A DNA stretch of 44,236 nt from Nemertoderma westbladi (Eukaryota > Animalia > Xenacoelomorpha). The stretch lies in contig JAUCBJ010001121.1 of NCBI GenBank assembly GCA_032718475.1, forward strand, positions 1-44,236. Reading direction: 5' to 3'. Of the stretch, positions 34,519 to 44,236 are shown in pieces; position 1 is the stretch's first letter; the number at the start of each line of letters is the position of its first letter. Made by a program: the position numbers and the translations under genes. Under the pieces are notes generated by a model that had not been told where the DNA came from, ran no database searches, and was given only the letters and a program-made list of their open reading frames with translations.

Positions 34519-35910
34519 ATGGAGAGGCGACGAGAAACTTACACGAAGGGAAATAATCCTAATCGCAACTTTCACGACAAACATTCTGGAGCGTCTGTCA
34601 CACAACAGGTTTCCGCTATAGATGAAATCTTCGGAGTTCAAACTGCCAAACCACTAATCGAAAAGTCTTCCAGTAACGTAATAAGCCGACCGCGCTCTGC
34701 GGGTGTAAATCGTCGAGCTCCCGGCAACATCAACTTGTACAACTACGAGGAACCATGGACGGCGACCAGCGAATACATATTAACGAGTCCGCGATCTCTA
34801 GAGGCGTGTCAAAGGCTCGCGGTGAAACCGGCCGAGTTGCTCCACAAACCCAAGGAGGACTTCCTACGGGAACTCGGGGATTTAGGGAAATCTGAAGCCA
34901 TTATAAATGCGATTTACGAGGACTGCGAGAAGGAACGATTATCCAAACTGTCTGCGGTTCTGGAGGAGCGGGATTTCGTTATAGAAGAGGACAACGAGCA
35001 CCGGAGCGAGTACGGAGTCCCGGTGTATCCCGGGGTCTCGCAACTCGGACCGAACCGCTCCAAAACCGCGGCCATTTACAGGGAGATCAGTCGGTATATC
35101 GAGCAGAACGAGGCGAGGAACCCGCGTGAACGGAACGAGACGAGAAAACCTTGCAGACCGAGGAACGTCTGGGACTCGTTGGATACCCCGGAAGGTGTGT
35201 CTGGGGGTCCCACGATACCGGTTAGTCGCTCGGTTAATCTGCAGGTAACCGGACAGCGTTTGGGCGGGGTAACTCAGGTCGTTAAGGCGAGCGAAGCGAG
35301 GATACCCGATCGTAAAGCGAACGAGGAGAAAGTCAAACGGCAACTTCGACGATGGCAGGATGTTGTGCGGAAGACTGAGGTGGAAGAGATGAGGAAAGAA
35401 CGAAAAGAGTTGGATAAACGGAAGGAGCGGCTTCCTCAGCGGGACCCAGCTAGAGATCGCGTCGCCTACGTCGCCAAGATGGCGATGGATAGAGAGTCGG
35501 ACTTGTGGCGACGGGATCTGGAGCAGCGGAATGTGGCGACTATGGAGCGAGCCAATCAGGCGTCCCGGGAGCTGGTCGCCCAGCGACGGTTAGCCACGGC
35601 GCAGCGCCAGTTGGAACAGACCAACCGACACCGGAAGAACTTACAGAGAGTGGAGGAAGACAAGGAGACCGCGGCTCGCAAGTACAAGGAAGATCTAAGC
35701 GAGAAGATTAAACGGAGCGAGGAGTTGTTGGGGAGTAAGAGGGATGCGTGTAACAGCCGACAGGAGGCGTCCCGGATGTCTGAGGATGTTAGACGTCGGA
35801 TGGCAGATGAAACCTTCGACAAGAAGAATCTACGAGCCCAGCTGGAGAGCATGGTGGGTAGAAGTTACCATGGAGCTACCAAGAACACTAGTACATTACA
35901 TTTGGGTTAG
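34519..35910 (+). CDS. CCDC177: Coiled-coil protein of the CCDC177/CCDC185 family, single coding exon
   Basis: NLYNY..YILTSPRSLEACQRLAVKPAELL..IYEDCEKERLSKL..EER matches the YVLTSPRSLEAC..VKPVELL motif of CCDC177. Long E/R/K coiled coil. First ATG at 34519. Confidence 0.8.
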   Translation: MERRRETYTKGNNPNRNFHDKHSGASVTQQVSAIDEIFGVQTAKPLIEKSSSNVISRPRSAGVNRRAPGNINLYNYEEPWTATSEYILTSPRSLEACQRLAVKPAELLHKPKEDFLRELGDLGKSEAIINAIYEDCEKERLSKLSAVLEERDFVIEEDNEHRSEYGVPVYPGVSQLGPNRSKTAAIYREISRYIEQNEARNPRERNETRKPCRPRNVWDSLDTPEGVSGGPTIPVSRSVNLQVTGQRLGGVTQVVKASEARIPDRKANEEKVKRQLRRWQDVVRKTEVEEMRKERKELDKRKERLPQRDPARDRVAYVAKMAMDRESDLWRRDLEQRNVATMERANQASRELVAQRRLATAQRQLEQTNRHRKNLQRVEEDKETAARKYKEDLSEKIKRSEELLGSKRDACNSRQEASRMSEDVRRRMADETFDKKNLRAQLESMVGRSYHGATKNTSTLHLG

Positions 35911-36257
35911 AATACTCCATCTGTCTGATCTGTCTGCTAATCCGTTCCCCCACTATTGGGATTTAGCGGAATTAAATAATATTGTTATGGTAAATATTTT
36001 TATAAATTAAATAAAAGCAACTTGCGTTTCCTGTGCCGTTTTTTCGAGACGTTTTTTTTAAATTAAATATAATTAAATTTATCGGCATAACCACAGAACA
36101 ACGAGTACTGGTTGTATACAATTTTGTTCTGTTAATGTAATAGCTTCCCATTTACCATAATACAGTAAATTCGAGAGAGAAAACCTTTCAACAAAAACCA
36201 AGCTTTGATAAACCTCCGTTGGGGAGACAGGGGGGGAAACTGGACGCAAATACCATG

Positions 36258-36776
36258 TGGGATTTGGGATTAAGGAATTTGGGAATAAGGGATTTGGGAA
36301 TAAGGGATTTGGGAATAAGGTATTTGGGATTTGGGAATAAGGTATTTGGGATTTGGGAATAAGGTATTTGGGAATAAGGTATTTGGGATTTGGGAATAAG
36401 GAATTTGGGAATAAGGTATTTGGGAATAAGGTATTTGGATTGGGAATAAGGTATTTGGGATTAAGGTATTTGGATTTGGGAATAAGGAAGGCATTTGAGA
36501 ATAAGGGATTTGGGAATAAGGGATTTGGGAATAAGGGATTTGGGAATAAGGTATTTGAGAATAAGGGATTTGGGAATAAGGGATTTGGGAATAAGGTATT
36601 TGGGATTTGGGAATAAGGTATTTGAGAATAAGGGATTTGGGAATAAGGGATTTGGGAATAACGTATTTGGGAATAAGGTATTTGGGATTTGGGAATAAGG
36701 TATTTGGATTTGGGAATAAGGTATTTGGGAATAAGGTATTTGGGATTAAGGTATTTGGGAATATGGAATTTGGGAT
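36258..36776. repeat. G-rich minisatellite, 15-bp unit G(T/G)ATTTGGGAATAAG with interspersed 6-7-bp partial units
   Basis: Directly visible tandem array. Confidence 0.95.
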
Positions 36777-36822
36777 CTGCCATTATATTAGTGATTAAGT
36801 GGAATTGATTTAGGGAAACGCA

Positions 36823-37023
36823 ATGAGAGTATAAAAGTAACAGCCAGCGCGATAATCTTTAACTTCGTATTAATATATTAAAATTACATAAATACAATGA
36901 AATGTGTATAAAAATCGAAACGTTTAGAACTTATGCATATTATTTCATTGTATTTACGTACTTTTAATATATTAATATGAAGTTAAAGATTTATCGCGTT
37001 TGCTGTTACTTTGATACTCTCAT
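36823..37023. mobile_element. ~200-bp foldback MITE
   Basis: atgagagta.aaagtaacagc..cgcgataa.ctttaacttc.tattaatatattaaaa pairs with the reverse arm ending ctgttactttgatactctcat. Direct repeat atattagtgatta at 36785 and 37022. Confidence 0.75.
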
Positions 37024-38410
37024 ATTAGTGATTATCGGTTTTTATTTGTTGATCGGCCATTATTGGTTGACTCAAGAAGATAGGCAATGCGTATCTCATT
37101 ATGCCTCATAATAAGCCTCTCGTCAACAGGTCTACCCCTGTAAAAGCTTTTGTGGGATAACTGATTCGTTTGCCTTGTTGGCCAGTTCCCCCCCAGTCGC
37201 TAGAATACTCTCTAAAGGGATCTATAGCTAAAAATAGTGCAAGTTACCAGCTTATTGGCTGATTTGCTGTACGCAGGCATCCGGGCTCTGTTTAATCGGC
37301 CAACAAGCCTAGGGAGGTTGCGTCATAGCCTTGTTTTTGTATCTCCCAATAGAATTTGAGTTAGCCTTGATTTTGACCTATCACAGAGCTACTGAACTGA
37401 AATTTTCCTATCTCACTGCTCTTTCTCTGTGTTGAACGGGAGCTTCGTGGAATAAGGGTAGTTGGTATCCTCGTATAGAGCAGTAGTCACGAGTTTTTCA
37501 AAGCCACGAAAGAACGGCTTTTAGTGTTTTGTGCTTTCTGCTTTTTAGCTCAACACTAGTAGGTTTAATTATAAGGACATATATCCTTTATCTGACTGAT
37601 TGCCAAAACAAACAAACTGGCTTTTAATCACTTGAACAACTGCTGCTAAAATTACCTGCTCAATCAATACCGTATACTGCTATTTGTTGTCGGTTATTCA
37701 TTATATTTGTTGATGAATTATTATATTGGAATAACGAGAAATAACCCCGGCACCCAATATTCTTGATATACCGAAGGTAAGAGAGAAAGGTTACCAATAA
37801 CGATTGTGACTTATGTTAAAGTGGTTTGAAGTGAATCTAATGTTATTTGATAGACCCTACATGAGTCAGTCTGTGTTCCTTTTATATGTGACTAAAATCA
37901 GTGAAGATTGGCAGATTAGTGTGCAGTATTGTGCAGCATTGTGTACGAGTGAGTCTGTTAAAGAAGCATTTCCTAAAGAATGCGTCATATATGTGAATTA
38001 TAATTAAGCCATATCGTTGTGAGTAGTTTAAGTCATAACTCTGTTTATATAAATAAAGCGCCACGTCCTAAAGGAACTGTTAATATTCCCGAAGGTGAAT
38101 AATATTGTCAGAGATTATATAATACTGTCAGTCGAATAATACATTAGGCTTACATAGCAATAAAATTAAACCGTCGAACCCAATCTCCCGGGAATATCCA
38201 GCGGGTGAATGGTCGCGCATAGATTGGTTTCGACTAGTGTAGTGAATCAAATACTTGTCATAGGCTAAAAAGCGATTTAATATCTAGAAGACATCTTAAT
38301 TTGGCGGGTTAAACTGCCAAAGGTCTAAAAGCACGAACATTAAAGGATATAGCTTCTTTGTTGCAGTAAGCAATAAAGTTGAAAGTACCGGTCAACCGGT
38401 AAACCTGAAT

Positions 38411-38535
38411 GGTACTTCAGTAGGTCAGTAGGCCCAACCGCTAGAACCGGTACTGCCGTAGGTCAGTAGGCCCAACTGCCAGAACCGGTACTTATGTAGG
38501 TCCGTAGGCCTAGCTGTCCTAACCGGTACTTCCGT
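38411..38535. repeat. 38-bp tandem repeat, about 3.3 copies, in the retrotransposon leader
   Basis: ggtact...gtaggtc(a/c)gtaggcc...aacc units at 38411, 38449, 38487 and 38525. Confidence 0.85.
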
Positions 38536-38710
38536 ATAAGTACACTAGTATTATTCGATTTGATTGTTGCATACCGGTAGGCTGTTTAAGGGATTAGGGA
38601 TTGATCACCCCTTATTCCTTTATATGGTTTACTTATTTCTGTCAAGTTTTATTTATTTGTAGGCCAGTATTGAACAGAAGGCGTGTAAACCTGATCAGAT
38701 TGTACAGACG

Positions 38711-39275
38711 ATTTGTAGGCTGAGCTGTTGTCTGATTGCTGTTAAGTCTGAACGGATTGCAGTGTGTGTAGATCACCTGTCCGATTAAGTACGGTTAGGA
38801 AGTAGGGGCAGCGAATGCTGTAAGGTAAACCCCCAATTAAAGAATAAGTCGTACTACTGGGTTAGAATGCATACTCCCTAATCATTTCGGAGTCTGCATG
38901 TCCTGTAGTTTATTTAGGCTTGAGAGTAGTCTGCCATCGTTTAGTCTGTACTTTGTTTGTGTAAGTCTGTACGGGTAGCGTATAATTTTATTTAGATAAT
39001 TTGTAGGCTGGATAGTTGTCTGGCTGTTATTAGGTCTGAACGGATTGCAGCGTGTGTAGATCATTTGTCCGATTAAGTACGGTTAGGAAGTAGGGGCAGC
39101 GAACGCTATAAGGTAAACCCCCAACTAAAGAATAAGTCGTACTACTGGGTTAGAACGCATACTCCCTAATCATTTCGGAGTCTGCATGTCCTGTAGTTTG
39201 TTTAGGCTTGATAGTAGTCTGTCAGTGTTCGGTCTGCATTTTGTTTGAGTAGTTTGTACGCGTAGCGTAATATTT
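38711..39275. repeat. 288-bp tandem duplication in the retrotransposon leader
   Basis: atttgtaggctg at 38711 and 38999, gtctgaacgg at 38746 and 39034. The cores are nearly identical. Confidence 0.92.
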
Positions 39276-40216
39276 ATTATTCAGAGTTTATGCGATTATT
39301 CGCAACATTCATTCCCCAAGTTTGTTCCTACAGTAATTGTGTTTGTTATACATACCGCTATAGTTAAATTAACCCCGGTACTACACGGGCTGCTTGGCGT
39401 AGGTAAAGACTGGTGATTTTGTGCATCGGTCACTCCAGCAGATGCCGTGGTTCTTTTAGCTGTTCAAGTATATTTAACTACTGATTATCTGTTGTACAAG
39501 TACTCGTACCTAATTTAGGGTTTAGTGTACAGTGCTTTCCGAGAGTAATTAGTGTAGGCATTATATTTGTGTTGTAAAGTGGTTAATAGGCACGTTCGAT
39601 TAGCTCTATTAATTTCTAGGTAGGAACACTCCGTGATACATAACGTAGAACCTATAGCGATACGGCTATAGGTCGTCAGGCGGTGGTATTTTCCTATCTG
39701 GACAACGCAGTGTATTTACTACTACTTATTATTTCAAATACCGTAGTACCCTGTCCGTTGTAATAACCAGATTTCTAACCCTTTGTTAGGCTGGTTAGTA
39801 GACTTCTTGTAAAATTACCCTAAAAATTCGTATTTTGTGTTTTTTGTAAATTTTTGTGTTTATTTAGAGATTGTAATCTCACCCGAATTGTACGTAATTT
39901 GTAGAATTAAGTAACTTAGGTAAATTAGAATCATTTGTTTTAGTGTCCTGTACGTAACACTTCACTGAAAGCGTACCGCTTTGTGTAGTGATTACCCCCA
40001 GAAATAATAACATTTATTTCAAACATTGGCTAAACCCATTCAAACGGGTATATATATATTATAAATCAAATCTAACGATTTATAAATAGTAGGCCTACCA
40101 TATAACAATTAGGTCTCAATATCAGTTGGACTACTGCTTAAATAACGGTAATAAAGTAAGTTAAAGTAACCAAGTAACCCTAAAGTTCAGAAATTCAATT
40201 ATTCTAAAATAATTGA

Positions 40217-40510
40217 TATACCGGTATTTACGATAGGCCTATTATCTTTATTTCTGTAAATTTTAGGCTTACATTATACCGGTACTTGTAATTAATTCTA
40301 GTCCAGAATTATATATACTACAAACTGTAAGCTGTATACCGGTATTCCCGATAGGCCTATTATATATTTATATATATTTGTGCTAAAATTATACCGGTAT
40401 TCTGTGATAAACCTAGTCTGTAATAATAGTTATATATACTATAAGCATACCGGTATTCTAATATATTATATATATATCACGCTACACTGAGTAGCAGTAC
40501 CGGTAATTAA
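40217..40510. repeat. Diverged 50-60-bp repeats, each with palindromic TACCGGTA
   Basis: Six taccggta sites at regular spacing just upstream of the Gag ATG. Confidence 0.7.
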
Positions 40511-40593
40511 TTATTAGGCTAGCAGTTAATACTGAGTTACTAGACTTGCTCAGACTGTAATACAGCAGTAGACATTCAACGGTATACATAGTC

Positions 40594-43500
40594 ATGTCTG
40601 ATACTAAGCAGAACCTGTCAGACAGTATATTAGATGTAACTATCTGCGACTCAGATAGAGACGTACAACCGTCTGGTCGTAAGTTCAGTTCACCTCCCAC
40701 TGTGAGGAAGGTCATCCCTCCAGTAGTAATAACAGAACCTAGGCTAGTCCAACATCGTAGGTCTATCATAGGCACTCGAGCTCAGGTCAAGCGGGACCAA
40801 GAAGCAGCGGAACAGCAACAACCCGCGAGTCAAGAACTTATTCCTCAGCGGCCCAGCAGCTCCAGTAGTGAGGATACTGTAGAGCTGACACCCGAGCGCG
40901 GAGCAGAGATGACGGATGCGGTTTATACGGATCCCCTTCTCATCCTTCCTGCAGCCGTACTCACTAGGTTATTGATCGCGGTGGAAGAACACCAGATCGA
41001 TTGGGCGAGGAGTCAACGATCAACTAGAGATAGTTATGCGGGGTACACGAGGGAAGAATTGAAGTCTATTGTCGAGTCGCAATGGAACTTCCCCGGACCC
41101 GGACTCCCGTTTGATTTATCAGAAGCTGCCTGGGAAGACATACACCGGATGGGAGTAGCCAAGGAAACCATCGATCCAGCTGTATGGAAGAGGTCCGCAG
41201 CCGGATACGCACAGGGATTCTTCAGCTCTATGGAGCGAGTAGAAAGACAACTGTTTAAACAACCTCAAGGACCTCAAGAGCAGGGACAGCTGCTTTATCA
41301 AGTTAGAGAAAGAGTTCTGCGAATTAGGCTAATCTTATCCGCCTTTGAGGAGGCTTCTAAAAGAAGACAAGACACGTCGTTGCAAGTTGCCGTAAAGACT
41401 TGGCTTCAAAGGGTGAGACGCCAGGTTCAAGGAGCAGCTCAGTGGAAAGCTCAGTTGGAGGAGCGCTCAACACATGGAGAATCGACGGACGCTACTTTTT
41501 CCCAAGTGGAAAGTGAAGCGACGGCAGAGAAACCGCATAAGAAGGATGCCATTGATATCTATCTGTCAGACTATCAGCGTTTTTTGGGAGATGAAGAGTT
41601 GAGGAGAAGGCTAGAGGGACTTAGCCCTAATAGCGAAGGAGCCAAACTTGTGTTAGATGCGATTGATGTGGATAGGTTAGCGGCGAACCAAGCTAAATTC
41701 GATGAACAACTCCGCATCGCTAGAGAAAAGGAAGAACAAGTAAGGAAAAAACGTATAGAAGATAGAAAGACAGCAGCAGCGGCAGTGGCAGCGGCAGAAG
41801 CGGAAAGAAAGGCAGCAGAGGCAGCGGCAGAGGCAAAAGCGGCAGCTGCAGCCGTAGAAGCGGAAAGGAAAGCGGCAGCGGCAGAGGCAAAAGCGGCAGC
41901 TGCAGCCGTAGAAGCGGAAAGGAAAGCGGCAGCGGCAGAAGCGGAAAGAAAGATAGCAGTGGCAGAAGCAGAACGGAGGGCATCTGAAGAGACAACCCAA
42001 CTAGAGTTGGAAAATCTTCAAGAGAGGCAAGATAACTTTAATAAACAGTTAACAGCTAGTAATATGCAGATGATGAATCGATCTACTCCCAAACGACAAG
42101 GTTATACATCATCTGAGGAAGGCGATACCACCGACACTGAAGGCGGAGGAAATCGATCCCGCCTAAGCAGACGTAAAAGAACATTCCACCGTCAGAAATT
42201 GCCTGATTTGCCTCCAGCTGTTAGAAGGCAACTAAATAACACCAACTTAGAGAGTACAGAACCCACAGACCAAATAATTACAATAGAAAGACTCCCTACT
42301 ATAGTAGATGAGCCTGAAATAAGTAGGCCTGTTCTTGAAATCACCCCTTCGGTAATAGATACACCTGTGCTCCCTGAAGCTACCTATAAATTCCCTCTGC
42401 ATAGCACTAAGCTACCTGTGCCCCGTAGAACTGCCCAGGAGACAGTTCAGGTCCTGGACCCCGAGCGAAATATTCCAAATTTGTCGCCCGTTGTCCCTCG
42501 TCTGCCCGCTACGACGTTGGCGGATCCCGTTTCGGCGGTTGATTGGGTAGACGAGAGACGGCGGGGGATGGATATTCTCCTAGGAGAGATGAAGGAGAAT
42601 CGGATACGCTCTTCCCAACAGGTCCGAGAGTTGGAAGGGACTGTCCAACATTTAAAAGGAACAGTGAGGGAAAGTAAGTTAGAGTTGCAAGAAGTGCAGC
42701 AAAGTATCGCGCTAGAGCGCGATAAATTAGTAAATTTACAAAAGGGTATACCACCACCCCCTGTAACAATGTGTCAACCCGTTAGGTCTGAAGTATCTCA
42801 TGCGCAAGGTGTGGAGCCTACACGCATTTATACTGCTAGCGAAGTAGAAACTCCTATAGTGAACCCTATTAAGGGTAATTATAGACCTGTTGATAATGAT
42901 ATTCCCTATAGACCGGATCATAATCCGAGAAATTTATATACCGATAACTCGATATTAAATAACACGATGGCCCAAGAAAGTTTTACGCGTCAAATGGCTA
43001 GAACCGAAGCCCGGCAAGCGGTAAAGGTTGGAGAGATCGTCAAGTTCAATGGAGATGAGATGAAATGGTTACCTTTTAATGAATATTACAAAGATAACAT
43101 ACAGAACTCTGTACTATCTAATGGAGAAAAACTTAGATACCTCATCGAGTGCTTGGAAGGATCTCCCAAGTTAATGGCGTTAAAGTTTATTGGACATCCA
43201 GACGGATTAAGACAAGTTTGGGATACACTAAACATCAGGTATGGTAATAGGAATAATATCGCTGGGTACTTGTATGCAAAGTTAGTAGCGCCCCGAAAGT
43301 TTATTAGTAGCGGAATTATCGAGTTTTCCGATGAGATCCAGGAGATCTGCAGACAATTAGATTGGCTAGGTAAGTCTCATGAGTATCAGAACACTATGGT
43401 TATTAGAGCAGTGGCTTCTACTTTACCTAAAGGTGGAGTAGGTACACGCTGGGATAAGAAAGTGTTATATATGATGGAACAACAACGGCGAGACCCTACC

Positions 43501-44236
43501 ATGGCTGATCTCATGTCATTCCTAGATGGAGAAGTGAAATTACAGCTCCTGAAACTGTCCAGAGAGAAGACACCGGAAAACAAGGTAAGTGAAAAACCCG
43601 TCTCTAGGAGAAAGGTAACACCAGTATGTTATACCGATGACGGCGAAAGCCAGACTTCTCAAGGAGAAGATAGCGGGAAGGACACGGATAGATCTTATTA
43701 CGTGAATAAAATGCCTAAAGATCAGGTAAGTAAATTCAAGTCTCGAACAAATGACAGGAGGGAACAGGTAAGAAAAACTCCTCCCACGTCTCCCAAGAGA
43801 ATTCAGGTGAGAAAGCCCGAAGAAAAGGCAAGTGTACACAATGTGACTCAAAATAAGGTAAGTAACATCAAACCGAAATGTGCGCTGTGCGACGGGACCC
43901 ACCATTTGAATAGGTGTGATGAATTTCTAAAGAAATCATTAACAGAGAGACGCGAAGTCATGTGGGATAAGCGGTTATGTTATAATTGCCTCAGACAAGG
44001 ACACCAACGGCGAACCTGTTTCTCTGACATAAGGTGTGCAAAGTGTGGTGCGAAACATCATATCTTGTTGCACGCTGAATTCGATCGAAATAGTCCGAAT
44101 CAGGTAAGTGATTCCGAGCTACATGTCCAATTCAGTGATGTGAACGACACTGATCAATCTGAGATGGAAGGATTCTATACAGACGAGTTCTCCGACGAAA
44201 ACGAATCCTGTTACATGATAAATACCGCAGTGTATC
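40594..44236 (+). CDS. gag: BEL/Pao Gag(-Pol) polyprotein, open to the window end (at least 1214 aa)
   Basis: I found no stop from ATG 40594 to the end. Capsid-like DUF1759 motifs KFNGDEMKWLPF, LSNGEKLRYLIECLEG, WDTLNIRYGN. BEL-type triple Cys/His knuckle CALCDGTHHLNRC, CYNCLRQGHQRRTC, CAKCGAKHHILLH. Confidence 0.93.
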   Translation, partial: MSDTKQNLSDSILDVTICDSDRDVQPSGRKFSSPPTVRKVIPPVVITEPRLVQHRRSIIGTRAQVKRDQEAAEQQQPASQELIPQRPSSSSSEDTVELTPERGAEMTDAVYTDPLLILPAAVLTRLLIAVEEHQIDWARSQRSTRDSYAGYTREELKSIVESQWNFPGPGLPFDLSEAAWEDIHRMGVAKETIDPAVWKRSAAGYAQGFFSSMERVERQLFKQPQGPQEQGQLLYQVRERVLRIRLILSAFEEASKRRQDTSLQVAVKTWLQRVRRQVQGAAQWKAQLEERSTHGESTDATFSQVESEATAEKPHKKDAIDIYLSDYQRFLGDEELRRRLEGLSPNSEGAKLVLDAIDVDRLAANQAKFDEQLRIAREKEEQVRKKRIEDRKTAAAAVAAAEAERKAAEAAAEAKAAAAAVEAERKAAAAEAKAAAAAVEAERKAAAAEAERKIAVAEAERRASEETTQLELENLQERQDNFNKQLTASNMQMMNRSTPKRQGYTSSEEGDTTDTEGGGNRSRLSRRKRTFHRQKLPDLPPAVRRQLNNTNLESTEPTDQIITIERLPTIVDEPEISRPVLEITPSVIDTPVLPEATYKFPLHSTKLPVPRRTAQETVQVLDPERNIPNLSPVVPRLPATTLADPVSAVDWVDERRRGMDILLGEMKENRIRSSQQVRELEGTVQHLKGTVRESKLELQEVQQSIALERDKLVNLQKGIPPPPVTMCQPVRSEVSHAQGVEPTRIYTASEVETPIVNPIKGNYRPVDNDIPYRPDHNPRNLYTDNSILNNTMAQESFTRQMARTEARQAVKVGEIVKFNGDEMKWLPFNEYYKDNIQNSVLSNGEKLRYLIECLEGSPKLMALKFIGHPDGLRQVWDTLNIRYGNRNNIAGYLYAKLVAPRKFISSGIIEFSDEIQEICRQLDWLGKSHEYQNTMVIRAVASTLPKGGVGTRWDKKVLYMMEQQRRDPTMADLMSFLDGEVKLQLLKLSREKTPENKVSEKPVSRRKVTPVCYTDDGESQTSQGEDSGKDTDRSYYVNKMPKDQVSKFKSRTNDRREQVRKTPPTSPKRIQVRKPEEKASVHNVTQNKVSNIKPKCALCDGTHHLNRCDEFLKKSLTERREVMWDKRLCYNCLRQGHQRRTCFSDIRCAKCGAKHHILLHAEFDRNSPNQVSDSELHVQFSDVNDTDQSEMEGFYTDEFSDENESCYMINTAVY

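Larger units (their letters stand above)
37047..44236 (+). mobile_element. BEL/Pao LTR retrotransposon, 5' portion (putative LTR and leader plus gag); continues beyond the window
   Basis: The Gag ORF is diagnostic. The upstream 3.5 kb starts TGTT at 37047 with promoter-like sequence and internal repeats. The left boundary, LTR end and PBS were not established. Confidence 0.75.

Noticed and set aside
36079-36798. 234-aa and related ORFs; telomere-like repeat
   Set aside because: These are translations of the 15-bp minisatellite, and the unit is not a known telomeric repeat.
41677-42000. Cys-rich and Leu/Pro-rich minus-strand ORFs resembling metallothionein
   Set aside because: They are the antisense reading of the Ala/Glu-rich repeat in the Gag ORF.

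Overview
AT-rich eukaryotic genomic DNA, most likely from an invertebrate animal (spliceosomal GT-AG introns, metazoan gene families, RTE/CR1/BEL retroelements). It holds the 3' end of an SRSF4/5/6-like SR splicing-factor gene (exons 57-235, 490-609, 9033-9105). The last intron of that gene (8.4 kb) carries a complete, intronless TMTC3 gene on the SAME strand and a 2.2-kb 32-bp minisatellite. Further genes with single-exon or nearly single-exon coding regions are MFSD12 (-), an unrecognised type II membrane protein with tyrosine motifs and beta/gamma-crystallin domains (-), a SAP-less PIAS-like SP-RING protein (-), a probable GPI-anchored Cys-rich Ly6-like protein (+) and CCDC177 (+). Between them lie RTE and CR1 LINE pieces (one TSD-flanked, internally deleted RTE), foldback/MITE hairpins, a decayed transposon-type SWIM ORF and a probable solo LTR. 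The right end is a BEL/Pao LTR retrotransposon whose open Gag ORF (from 40594, missing from the ORF track because it has no stop in the window) has an ~810-aa N-terminal extension and a dense cluster of consensus 5' splice sites. All family calls are from recalled motifs; no searches were run.
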